Assembly (NCBI GenBank): GCA_951406725.2
Contig: OX597816.1
Location: 146,196,001 to 146,260,000, forward strand
Direction of reading: 5' to 3'
Source: Octopus vulgaris
Taxonomy: Eukaryota
DNA: 64,000 nt
Part shown: positions 40,488 through 55,827 of the stretch, piece by piece
How positions within the stretch are numbered: position 1 is the first letter of the stretch
How the letters are laid out: each line of letters begins with the position of its first letter
The notes under the pieces: model-generated
What the model was told of the DNA's origin: nothing
Seen by the model: only the letters and a program-made list of their open reading frames with translations
Database searches by the model: none
Position numbers and translations under genes: made by a program

Positions 40488-41132
40488 TATCTCAAGTCAT
40501 ATACGTTATTATTATAGAAAAAATATTCAGTCTTACAGCTGTTTCTGGGATATCCCAGAGTATGAGATCTTCCGTTATCGGTGACAAATAGGGAAAATGA
40601 GAAGGGTATAGATTAATGAAATGACGACAGAGAGGTCAGGAGTACAGGAATGAGAAGATGAAGAAAAAGAAGGAAAAAGAAGCATAAACGTTCACAGTTC
40701 AGCTTTCCGATCGTGTATAAATGAATCCAGAACTTCTTAGGTGCAACCGTGCGTAAATTCATGTGGGTTAAAGTCCTGATAGAGTAAATATTCAGAAAAA
40801 AAAAACGCAAACATAGCAATGTTCAATAACAGAATGGTAGTGTATGTGGCCTAAACCACATGGATTTACGCAGGATTGCACCTAAGGACTTATGGAATTA
40901 TTTCTACAAGATCGGAAATTTGAACTGTGTAATTTTATGATTCTTTTTTCTCGTTCTTCATCTCCTTATTCCATTACTCCTGTCCTCTGTGTCATCATTT
41001 CACTAATTTGTAGCCTTCTTATTTTCCCCTTTTTTCTCCGATGACTGAATATCCCATACTCTGGAATATCCTCAAAACACCTGTAAGACTGAATTTCTTT
41101 TCCAATAATAATAATGTATATGACTTGAGATA
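40488..41132. mobile_element. Inverted pair of HHR-bearing units (about 285-bp arms)
   Basis: 40488-40772 is approximately the reverse complement of 40850-41132. Each arm carries a CCGAT(G/A)A..(G/A)AAACA(G/C)CTGTA-AGAC hammerhead pointing outward (40530-40585 minus, 41035-41089 plus). Confidence 0.8.
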
Positions 41133-41209
41133 TTTGCCTTGCCTTAACGGTTGTTGTCCTCTTTAACAATTATATATCTGCTATACCGGAAATGTTCAAT
41201 GGCTCCGTA

Positions 41210-41293
41210 AATACCTTCTTGGCTATAACCTTGGAGCCATAGTAGTCCGTTACAGTACCCAGTCGTTTAGATAAGAAGTGAAGTAGACTCCCG

Positions 41294-41331
<38 letters not shown>

Positions 41332-41415
41332 CGGGAGTCTACTTCACTTCTTATCTAAACGACTGGGTACTGTAACGGATTACTATGACTCCAAGGTTAT
41401 AGCCAAGAAGGTATT
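41210..41415. repeat. Near-perfect approximately 205-bp palindrome centred on (TA)n
   Basis: aataccttcttggctataacc...gactcccgtat-(TA)n-atacgggagtc...ggttatagccaagaaggtatt with 2 mismatches. Confidence 0.97.
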
Positions 41416-42090
41416 GGCTATAAGATTCAAGATCAAAGTTAGATTCAAGATCAAATCTAACTTTACTTGTGCCTCTGAAAACATAATTTATGTCATAAAA
41501 TGCTCGGGCTGCCACCAAGACTACGTGGGATCCACGGGACTATCACTCAGACGTAGATGCACACTGCATCGACAACAGATTGCATTCCCAGAATACAGAA
41601 TGATACCTTTTAGTGAGCACATTGAGAAATGCACAAAGCAACTACTACCACAATTTTTAATCTTTCCATTTTACCAATGTGCTATCGGATCATCAACACA
41701 AATTAGACTAAACAAGGAAACATTCTTCATTGAAAAGTACAAGCCCAAACTTAACCATGCCAACATACTGATACAGAGAAATTCACACTAAGGGAAAGGA
41801 AAACAATTTTAAGCGATTATCTCCCTTACACCGGAAGAAATCACTCATTACCTCCCTTTATTTAGAACTCTTTTAAACATAAACATAACGTCGTAAGAAA
41901 TTTGAAAAGCTAAACGCGAAACCGGTCTTTCTTCTAAATTATGTCATTGGAAGAGAAAAAAAATGTAATATTCTTCAGACATATTGACGCAAATATATAT
42001 ATATTTTAACCTTTAATCCTTGTGTAGTTTTTTCACTTTTTACTATTTTCTATATATTCAAACCACGTGCTTTCACAAACCAACTTTCTT
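41414..42090 (+). mobile_element. 5'-truncated Neptune-type PLE: open GIY-YIG domain, HHR and 3' end at (TA)n
   Basis: ORF 41414-41791 SNFTCASENIIYVIKCSGCHQDYVGSTG..RCTLHRQQI..FSEHIEKC..IFPFY..RLNKETFFIEKYKPKLN. Confidence 0.92.
41895..41933 (+). ncRNA. Minimal hammerhead, U3-A8 core variant
   Basis: AAGAAA-t-TTGAAAA-GC(taaac)GC-GAAA-CCGG-TC-TTTCTT; 6-bp helix I, palindromic helix III ACCGGT, GUC site. Confidence 0.75.
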
Positions 42091-42111
42091 ATATATATAT
42101 ATATATATAAT

Positions 42112-42158
<47 letters not shown>

Positions 42159-42909
42159 GGATGGATAGATAGATTGAAATGTGGAACAATAGATATAATC
42201 ATAGATAGAAGGATAGGTAGATATAGATATGTATTTATGTGTGTATGTATGAGTGTATAGTTCCCTAATCGTGATATGCTACTTAGAATTCATTCCATCT
42301 TAATATGATAGAAGATCCAAAATATACGTATACACGTTCATGCACAGATACATATCTACACGTATATATGTATACATACTTGTATAGATTTATTACACAA
42401 ATTTGAGCGACCAATGATCAATAAAAAAGTCGACCGTCTCATGTCAGCAATCTCATCTAATACATCCTTTATTGCTTCTCAGTTATACAAAGACAAGTGG
42501 TTATACACACACACATATAATATATATGTAAAGTTAATAAAAACTCTGTTATCCTAATTAAACATACTACAATCGTATTCTGCAGTCACGACGTTTCTAC
42601 ATTTATTATGCTTCACGTGTCACACCATAAATTCGTATCAGCTAAATACTTCTGAATAGAGAGAAACACACCTGTTTGGGTAAAGAATTAACAATGCTCG
42701 GCTTTATTTTCACTTTGACTAAGTAAATAGCTACATATTCCCTTAGGTTTTTGGTACACACGTGTATCATTTGTTTTACAGAACGAAATTGGAAGGAAAT
42801 AATGAATACATTACAAATAAGATTTGTCAAATAACAGTTGTTGGTCTATGATTTAAATACAATTATGCGCAAATGTTTCATTCTCATCACTTCCCTCCTT
42901 CTGTCTTTC

Positions 42910-42946
<37 letters not shown>

Positions 42947-42950
<4 letters not shown>

Positions 42951-43172
42951 AGTTAATCAAAACATGAAAACACAAAGAGAAAAAACAACAACGCGAGGAT
43001 AGGATGTGGAAGAAGTATAGTGTTATTGGACGCTCAGGAAAGGAAAGGAAAGAAGGAAGATCTAGCGTTTCGAGCGGAGCTCTTCGTCAGAAATATAGGA
43101 AAAGGAAAGATCCAAAGAAGGGAAGACGGAGGGTAAAATCGCCAACGATACACACGCGGTAACATATTGAAT
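42947..43172 (-). mobile_element. Short non-coding HHR element between microsatellites
   Basis: Reverse complement of 43059-43095 reads tattt-CTGACGA-a-GAGC(tcc)GCTC-GAAAC-gct-agat. The 3' end abuts (TA)n at 42915-42946. Confidence 0.75.
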
Positions 43173-43287
43173 ATATATGTATGTATGTATTTATGTATGT
43201 ATGTATGTACATATATACACATACTTCCATATACATATATCTATATATATGTGTGTATGTATGTAAATGTATGTATGTGAGGATGTA

Positions 43288-43375
<88 letters not shown>

Positions 43376-43499
43376 TGTATGTATGTAGGTATGTAGATGT
43401 TATAAGTCGGTTCAGCAGCCAATATATGAACAGTGAATTACTTGTCAATGAGTCGTAAACGAAAGATGTTATTCACATGTTGCGATATTTAGCTGTTTC

Positions 43500-46000
<2,501 letters not shown>

Positions 46001-46254
46001 GAATCTAAAAGAATAAGGTGAAGTGTGTTAGATTTTACTGATGTTAGCCAATATAAAATCAAATTCAATCAAGTTTTGAAATGTAGTTAGGCATAAAGAA
46101 AAGACAAGATAGTGGGGAATACTGATTAGTATGAGATTGAACATACATAGGAATATATTACATATGTCAGTTTTAAAATGTATTCAATGGTTCATACCTC
46201 TACAAATATAGATATTTGAATAGATAACTATAGAAACATAGATACATTAAACAA

Positions 46255-46287
<33 letters not shown>

Positions 46288-46408
46288 TAATGGTGCTAGT
46301 GCTTTGTGTGACTTTTCGAGTCGCTGTTGACTGTTACTTCTAGGTAACGGACCACCTATATTATATTCAATATATTAGTTTTCATTGTATGTATAATATA
46401 TACATACG

Positions 46409-46502
<94 letters not shown>

Positions 46503-46529
46503 AAATATATATATATATATATATTATAT

Positions 46530-46563
<34 letters not shown>

Positions 46564-47159
46564 AGTGAGTGTGCGTATAGAAACACCCACACGAACCTAA
46601 ACGCACTTATATATAAGTAAATGTGAGTTCAGTATAATATGCAATAATTTAAATGAAATAGAGGATAAGGAAAAAATAAAACAAATTAATTACAATAATT
46701 AACTCGGCTTCTAATCGTATATTGATAACATCTTTTAGAATTGAACGTTTTATCCTAGAGTGGTAAATGATCTACGTACAAAGGTAAGGGGAAATAATTG
46801 GAAGAATTAAATAACGGAAATTGCTGAAAATGTAATGGCAAAGTGTTGTGTATGGGAAATTCAAACTGAATAAATGTAAGACAGAAAGAGAAAATACAAC
46901 GTGAGCGAAAGATAATGACAACTAACATGAAAGCATTTCATTGAGTAGTGTCATATCAGATTAGTAAATGAATAAATGTATATGTGTATATGTCTGCGCG
47001 TGAGCGATTGTGCCCGCACGTGCGTGTATGTATATGTATATACATATATATACACATGTGTGTGTGTGTATACATATTATACATATATACATATACACAC
47101 ACAAACATATATATATATGTGTGTGTGTGTATACATAATATATATACATAAATACATAA

Positions 47160-47545
47160 GCGCAGGCGTAGCTGTGTGGTAAGAAGCTTGCCTCCTAGAC
47201 GCATGGTTCCGGTTTCAGTTCCATTGCGTAGCACATAGCCTCAGGCTGACCAAATCCTTGTGAATGGATTTGGAAACTGAAAGAAGCCCGTCTTATATGT
47301 ACATATATGTGTGTTTGTGTATGTGCTCTTCGTGTCCGTATTTGTCCCCGACCACTGCTTGACAACCGGCGTTGGTATGTTTGCATCGTCGGAACTGGCG
47401 GTTCGGCAAACGTGAGTGATAAAATACATATCAGGCTGAAAAATATAAGTACCGAGGTTGATTCATTCGACTAAAAACATTCAAGGCAGTGCCCCAGTAT
47501 GGCTGCAGTCTAATGACTGAAACAAGTAAAAGACCAAGGATAAAA
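47160..47545 (+). mobile_element. SINE family B, diverged
   Basis: gcgcaggcgtagctgtgtggtaagaagcttg...gccccagtatggctgcagtctaatgactgaaacaagtaaaag. Confidence 0.85.
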
Positions 47546-47579
47546 GACACACACGCACACACACATACACATACGTATA

Positions 47580-47670
47580 TTTATATATATAGTCAATTCA
47601 AATAAAACAGAGAAAAAGAAATATAGTGCTTCAGCATGACCACAGCCGCATGGCTGAGATGAGTAAAAGA

Positions 47671-47723
<53 letters not shown>

Positions 47724-47848
47724 TAATCTTTGAAACATATATATATATATATATACACACTCTTTTACTCGTGTCAGCCATGCGGCTGTGGTCATGCTGG
47801 AGCACCATATTTCTTTTTCTCTGTTTTATTTGATTTGACTATATATAA
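47580..47848. repeat. Inverted duplication (about 90-bp arms) around two (TA)n tracts
   Basis: tatatagtcaattcaaataaaacagag...gagtaaaagag and ctcttttactc...ctctgttttatttgatttgactatata; the arms include a SINE/LINE-type 3' tail. Confidence 0.9.
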
Positions 47849-47932
47849 GTACTCACATAAATGAATATATGTATGTGTACATGGATCAATTTGTATGCTT
47901 AGGTTTAAATTAAGTAACGATTATATATATAT

Positions 47933-48164
47933 ATTTCTTTACTACCCACAAGGGGCTAAACAGATGGGGAACAAACAAGGACAGACAAACGGATCAAGTC
48001 GAGTGCATCGGCACCAGTGCGTTACTAGTACTTAATTTATCGACCCCGAAAGGATGAAAGTCAAAGTCGACCTCGGCGGAATTTGAACTCAGAACGTAAC
48101 GGCAGACGAAATACGGCTTCGCATTTCGCCCGTCGTGCTAACGTTTCTACCAGCTCGCTGCCTT
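47933..48164 (-). mobile_element. Full-length SINE family C (tail type 1)
   Basis: Head at 48164, tail atttctttactacccacaaggg; approximate TSD gta(a/g)cga(t/g)tatatata. Confidence 0.9.
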
Positions 48165-48936
48165 GTAGCGAGTATATATAATAAATAACGATATAAAAGG
48201 ATGTTCAAATAAAAATCTACATCCCAGATTATCGATTATACTGTGAGATATTTGTTTGATTGAGAGGAATAAGATTTGGATAAACTTTAATAAATTATGT
48301 TATGGAAAGATATTAATACTTAATGAATTAAGTTTAGTAATTTTATATAAATTCCCCAAAATATGTTAATGTTACTACTAATCTATATCTATAATAATAC
48401 TGCGAGATATGAGAATAAAGGAGCGAAAAAAAAAAAACTTAAGCAATTTGCAAAAATTAGACTGTTTACAAGGATTCTGTTATTAGATAATCTTTAAGGA
48501 AGTTGGAAGTTTACGAGTACAAGGTTTACCCTAAAGAAATTATAGCTGTAAATTGCGCCAATATAAATTTACGATGTATATATGCAACAGGTATAACATG
48601 AATGATACGAGCACTCTTTTTCATGAAATGGTGAGATGGAGACGGTTAGTTTAGAACTGTCGGCAATGAGTAAAGTTTGTTGTAAGTTGTGTTAAATTTA
48701 ACTCTTTTAAATGCATACAATAAAGAAATGAAAGTATCTTTAGCATTGTAAAATATAATTCAGTGTATATCAATTTGATCTACGTGAGTGTATGCAATAG
48801 GCGTTACTTTTTATGTGTTGAAGTTTAATATATGAATATCCAATATATGATATAATATGTATATAGCATAATATATGTCCATAGACACACAAACACAATG
48901 ACATAGAAATATGTGTATATATATAAATATATACAT

Positions 48937-49035
<99 letters not shown>

Positions 49036-49093
49036 AGAGTGAAATAGAAAGGCAGTGAAGTAAGAGAAGAATATATTGGTAGATAAACTACGT

Positions 49094-49135
<42 letters not shown>

Positions 49136-49136
49136 T

Positions 49137-49171
<35 letters not shown>

Positions 49172-50159
49172 TCGTGCTCAGAGACTGGTCGGAGTTGCAT
49201 AATTATGAATTTATTTCATCTCCGTACTATCGCCAACTTTAGTTTTATGTGCCGCTTAGCAAATCTAGTTCCACTATCGGTTAATCACTTAGACAGAAGG
49301 AGATGCGTGGACATTTCATACAAATACCAGTCTCCTCGGTTATGTATATCGCTTACCATTGCAAATGTAAATAAACGTCGGCACTTATAGGTGAATGAAC
49401 GAAAGTAGATTTACAGACATTATGGAAGCATTATAGCATAAAACAACCAGGTGGCACGAACATAAAGGTATGTTTCTAATTAATAATTTGCTATTATTTA
49501 CAAAAGGTGTTCACAAAAGGATATACGGTTTATCACACGTATTTAATTTCAGAAGTCCCTCGTCTAGTATTGTTTGTTTCGCTATGAAATCTACTTTCGT
49601 TTTATTTATTTAAATATTTTTATGTATATCTTTCCTTATCCATCTACGCTTCCTCTTTCTCTCTATTTGTCTATCTATCAATTAATCAATCAATCAATCA
49701 ACCAATCAATCAATTAATCAATCAATCGATCTATCTGTCTTTCTGTCTGTCTCTATGTATATTTGTCTGTCTGTCTGTTTGTGTGTCTGTCGGCCTGCTT
49801 ACGTACCTGACTATCTGTCTATCTATTTATCCTTAAGCTGTCACACACTCTACTCCGTTTCCTCGTTTTATATAAGACTATTTACCAATATATATACGCT
49901 TACGATCGAGTGTATATAAATATATGTGCACACACATACACGCATACAGGCAAGTAAACACATGTATGCATATGCACATCATTGTGTGTATGTGTTTATA
50001 TGAATGAATTTCAGTGTGTATTTACGTAAATATCTTGTGATTGTCTTTCTGTTTTCACTCCTACGTTGTCTCCCGCTTGCACACACGAAAGTATAAATGT
50101 TTCAAATGACTGTATCCGAGAATATATGTCTACATACACCCACCCCCACACACTCGCAC

Positions 50160-50205
50160 GCACACACACACACACCCACATATATGTATTATGTATATAT
50201 ATAGG

Positions 50206-50247
<42 letters not shown>

Positions 50248-50308
50248 GCATATATGTGTATGCACATATATGTATATATACATATGTATGTGTATATATA
50301 TATACATG

Positions 50309-50355
<47 letters not shown>

Positions 50356-50417
50356 TTATATATAGGCATATGTGTATGCACATATATGTATATATACATA
50401 TGTATGTGTATATATAT

Positions 50418-50458
<41 letters not shown>

Positions 50459-50467
50459 GCAAACATG

Positions 50468-50503
<36 letters not shown>

Positions 50504-50628
50504 CATATAAATATATACAAACATGTATATGTATATATATATATATAAAAACGAATATGTATATATGTATATATATATATATGTATGTTTGTATATATAT
50601 ATGCATGTATGCGTAAATAAATAAATAA

Positions 50629-50692
<64 letters not shown>

Positions 50693-50988
50693 GCCGACTG
50701 CACATAAATACAAACAAGCAAACATGCGTGAGCGCACTTGCGTGTTCGCTGCGTGCATGGGTTTGTGCATGTGCGTTTGTTTGTGTGAGCTGGCACGTGT
50801 TTCTCCGTTGTTATCATTAAAACATGTCGCAGCCAATTCAACTGGAAAAAAAGTGTATACACCCAAAAAAATTATAGCGATTTCGTGTCGATACTTACTA
50901 CTCTACTGCAAATAGAGCTACAATATTAGCAGCAACAAAAACAACAGTTACTACTAGTATATGCAATAATAATAATAACAACAACAAC

Positions 50989-51063
<75 letters not shown>

Positions 51064-51329
51064 CAGCAACAACAACAATAATAACAACAATAACATCATC
51101 AATTGTAACAAGAGTGCTAATACAACTACGTTTATTTTTCTTAAGATTGCCACTAGAACTAGTTACAATGCAGTGAGTGTCTCTACTAATAATTTCTGTA
51201 CAACAAATCCGACTACTACCAGTCTGCTAAATGAGGTGCCGCGAACAATTTCGTTATAGTGTGTGTACGTGTGTCTGTGTCTATATATATAAATATTTAT
51301 ATATATGTGTGTGTGTGAGTGTGTGTGTG

Positions 51330-51362
<33 letters not shown>

Positions 51363-51610
51363 GTTATATACATATAGTGTATATACATATAATGTATATA
51401 TATATATAAATATATATCTAAATATATACATATATATACATATACATACGCACACACACATATATATATATATACAACTATATACACATACATATATACA
51501 TGCACACATACATACTATATCTGTATCTATATATATATATATATATATATATATGGGTGTGAGTGTGTATGTGAACATTTATGTATGTATATGTATACAT
51601 ATGCACACAC
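50160..51610. repeat. Degenerate (TA/CA/TG)n and (AAT)n/(AAC)n low-complexity block
   Basis: Read directly; all ORFs here are repeat translations. Confidence 0.95.
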
Positions 51611-52194
51611 AGACACACGCATACTGTTATGATGTGTGTGTGTGCTGTAGATATATATATTTATATATACATGCATATAATTATGATTCTTTCTTCATCA
51701 TTACATTTCGTTTTATACCATATAACATGATGTAAGATATATTAAAATATCAAAGATTGAAATGTTACAAATTTCTTGTTTATGCACAATCACGAGCACG
51801 GTGTTGCATATAAATACGTTTACATAGACGCACGCGTATATAGCACATGCACACATGTGCACTCACACAGACGTACATGCACTCTCGTATAATAACACAA
51901 ACGGTAAAATATTTTTTATTATTTGTGTGCCTGTGTTTACATACATATAGGCTTACAGACATACACTGACACGCACAAATGCACAAACACACACACACAA
52001 CTCACACACAGATATATACAAATACACAGTTCACATGCCAACATACACGAAGATTTCTAAGTCTATGTATAAGAGATGTATCATGTGAAACTGTAGGGTA
52101 CGTACGTATGAGACAATGAATTTATGATCAATATTATTTCATTCAGAAGATTCCCATGCAGAATAAGAATTACCATTGCAAGATAAATATTATT

Positions 52195-52530
52195 ATTTGA
52201 AGTCAAAATATCCTGCCGAGGTCAGCTTTGATATGCTTCCTTTCGGAGTCGACAAAACAAGTACCAGTAGAAAACTGGGGTCGATCTAATCGACTTACTC
52301 TGGCAACCGAATTTGTTGTCTTGTGCAAAAATTTCAAACACATATTTCCAAGACAAATTCTTTTATACTTTTATTCTTCAGTCATTTAACTGCGGCCATG
52401 CTGGAGCACCGCCTTTTCGTCGAACAAATCCACACCAGGATTTATTCTTTGTAAACCTAGTACTTGTTCTATCGGCCTCTTTTGGCAAACCGCTTAGTTA
52501 TGTTGACGTTAACACACCAACATCGTTTGT
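52195..52530. mobile_element. SINE C fragment (+) followed by SINE B 3' fragment (-)
   Basis: gccgaggtcagctttg..tcctttcggagtcgac, then cagtcatttaactgcggccatgctggagcaccgcc. Confidence 0.7.
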
Positions 52531-53528
52531 CAACATACATAAATGTATACATTTGTGTATGCGCGCGCGTACATGTGATTATGTGTATATGTTATGGTCG
52601 AATGTGCATCATGTATCCTTCACGTACACACATACTCACAAAAACACACAAGCACGCAACACAAGCACACACACACAAAACACAAACATGCTCACACACA
52701 AACACCTACATACAGAAAGCCGGTTGCATTCGTAATAATGAAATCGTAAACGTAGGTATACATTTAACTTAAACTTCCTAAGTCTGCGCAAAAAATAAAA
52801 GAAACATACGCTTATCCAAAATTATTGCAATATTAGAAAATATAGGGTAAACAAGACACACAAATGTGAAGAAGAAATATTCATACACAGATTTTAGCAT
52901 TATATGATAATATATAAACATATATCCTTTGGAAAAAAATACATGTGTGTGTGTGTGTCTATGTGTCTATGTGTTTGTGTCTATGTATCTGTGTGTGTGT
53001 GTGTGTATGTCTATGAGTGTATATGTATGTGTCTATGTTTGCGTATGTGTGCGTGAGCGCACGTAGGTGTGTGTGTGTGTGATAAGAATACACAATGAGA
53101 TGTCGGGAAAAGAAACAAAGCACGTCGCCTCACAGAATTCTTTAACAAACTGTGAAAAAGTTCCTCACGTAAATTACTCCCTTCCTTTTGCCCATATCCA
53201 AAGTATATAGGAAACATGCGGACATTCTTTTCTCGCTCGTAGCTTCGTTTTGCAGCACCTAAGTGTATTTCAGTTATACTAGTTCCTATTGTGTCACATA
53301 TAAAGGTATATACATTAATTAATTGCATGCTATCAGCAGCATAACTGTGCAAATTGAGTTATCCACTATAGTACTAGCCCACCTTCTAACTGCTCCCTGA
53401 GGAGTTGTCAAGAAATCATGAAGTTATGCGTCATCAGAATTCTCTGTCGATTACAACATATGAAACATCATAGAAAGAATCTGTTTACATTCATACTTGT
53501 TCTAAGTTATGCGTTGTGACATTTACAT

Positions 53529-53571
<43 letters not shown>

Positions 53572-53577
<6 letters not shown>

Positions 53578-54393
53578 TTGAATAAAATGGTAAGGCAACT
53601 TAGGAATGAAAGAGACCTCGATATTATGATAACAGAGGAGTTTATCTGTAAATGTAATATGTGGTAATTATTCGGTAGCCATGATTAAACTCCGAGTTTC
53701 GGATGCCGAGGTGGAAATCCGCGCCTCCATCTCTCCAGTTATCCGGGAATCGGAAAAATACTATGAAAAATGACCATTATACAAAGGGAAATTACTGTGT
53801 GATTGACCGTTATTAAGACAAAAGAGCTATTTCAATGACCGCTAAGCGAGGGGAGGGAGTAAAAGTAAGGGGATAAAAAAGTTCATAGTACTCACGTAAG
53901 CACGCATGTTTATACCTACACATGTGCGCCCGGATACCGAGTGCGTGCGCCTAAAAGTATATATTCATTCACCCTCACTTGAAACGTACACATCCTCACC
54001 CGCACCATTCGCCAAATATACATGTATATAAATATATTTATATACTTGCACCATGACCCGGTTTTGCCAGGTCATAGTGCTAGTGCATGCATATACAGCT
54101 GCGTGCGTGCGCATATACACGCGAGTACTGTTCAAATCTCCCACCAATCACATACAGCTAGCTGGCATTCAATTGGCGTATCAAGTTTCGGATAGTTTTA
54201 TTGGGTTTTGGATAGAAAATTCACAAAAAAGTCACTTCTATTGATTTTTTAATGGCTTTGCTGGGTGACTAGGGAAATGTAAAGATGTACACAATCACCC
54301 TTGGACAGTTTTGAATGACCATAGAAAGTGCGACCTCTCTAACTGAAAAATTGTGGATTTGTATAAAGGACACACATAGTTAGACATTTTGCC

Positions 54394-54395
<2 letters not shown>
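53572..54395 (-). mobile_element. Approximately 820-bp non-coding element bounded by (TA)n on both sides, carrying an HHR
   Basis: Reverse complement of 53683-53743 reads gataa-CTGgAGA-GATG-GAGG..CCTC-gg-CATC-c-GAAA-CTCgGAG-TT-taatc. No transposase or RT similarity seen. Confidence 0.65.
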
Positions 54396-54430
<35 letters not shown>

Positions 54431-55077
54431 AACTCCACACGCACGCGCGCATCATAAAGATTCATACACACGTCTATATACGCACATACCCGTATGTACG
54501 CTCATACCCGTATGCACGTACACACAGACGCCTATATATGCACATACGCATATAGACGTGTTCGGGTATGTGCGTATATATGCGTGTGTGCGTGTGTGCG
54601 TGCGTGCATATGGGTTTGTGCGCATATAGACGTGGTATACTCCCTTACAGATTTTTTCTGTATTGTTACCTTTAGACCTGTTTTTTTGTGCTTGTGCGTA
54701 TATAGACGTGTGTATGAATCTTTATGGTGCGCGTGTGTGTCTGTGGGTTTGTATGCGTAAATCACGCTCTTATATATGTTTCTTACGTTCGACTTCTCTG
54801 TCTCCTATTCTATGTCAAAGACGGAAGTCCGTAGCTGGAGAGTATGCAAACAAACACGTTACTTGTGTGCTGTCTTGCCTGGAATGCGTAGTACCGTTTC
54901 ATTTGCAGTTTCAGCTATTAGTATGTCTGTAGAAAATCTCAATTGAAAAAAAAATTTTTATCAGTGTCTGAAAGTTATATTCTGTTGAATTTATTCAAGT
55001 GTAATGCTTTGAGAGCTTGGAGTTGGTAAATAAATTGGTAGGGCATCTATCAATATCAACGTCAATATATATATATA

Positions 55078-55418
55078 TATAAATGGAGTTTAACATAGGT
55101 ATAATTCAAATACGTTTAGTTCCGACACATGTTTCGAAGATTTCACTGATATTATTCCAAAGGAATAAATGGTGTAAAGCATCTTCTCTTCAAGGAAGTG
55201 AAGAAATGAAACTCGTCAATAATACATTTTCACAGAAAATGATGAATATGTATATGTTAACATGTCTTATTGACGACTTTCTTTTCTTCACTTCCCTGAA
55301 GAGATTACATTGCTTTACACCATTTATTCATTTGGAATAATATCAATGAAATCTTCGAAACATGTGTCGGAAGTAAAGGTATTTGAATTATACCTGCGTC
55401 AAACTCCATTTATTTATT
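55078..55418. mobile_element. Approximately 340-bp palindromic element of two outward-facing HHR units
   Basis: 55080-55226 is approximately the reverse complement of 55262-55415. HHR plus 55290-55374: ACTTCC-CTGAAGA..GAAA-CATGTG-TC-GGAAGT. HHR minus 55120-55197: TTCC-tTGAAGA-GAAGAT..ATCTTC-GAAA-CATGTG-TC-GGAA. Confidence 0.88.
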
Positions 55419-55570
55419 TATATATTATACAAAAATTCCACTTAAACCCGAAGTTTCTACCTTTAAAAACAAGGCGTTACAAACTTTTTACTTGTGTGAT
55501 TTTTTGCTACCCTGGTAACTATTTATCTATTTTTTCCGTGTTAATTGTTAACAAGGGAAAAATACACTCC

Positions 55571-55647
<77 letters not shown>

Positions 55648-55674
55648 TTATTTATCTATCTATCTATCTATCTA

Positions 55675-55764
<90 letters not shown>

Positions 55765-55777
55765 ATCTATCTATCTA

Positions 55778-55827
<50 letters not shown>

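Noticed and set aside
48400-48620. Minus-strand IYIGA motif suggesting another GIY-YIG remnant
   Set aside because: Only one short motif recognisable.
50011-51735. Many long ORFs (YIYI.., poly-I, CVCV..)
   Set aside because: Translations of stop-free microsatellites. The same applies to ORFs at 19.4, 23.9, 28.8, 30.4, 43.2, 45.4, 55.3, 59.8 and 61.0 kb.
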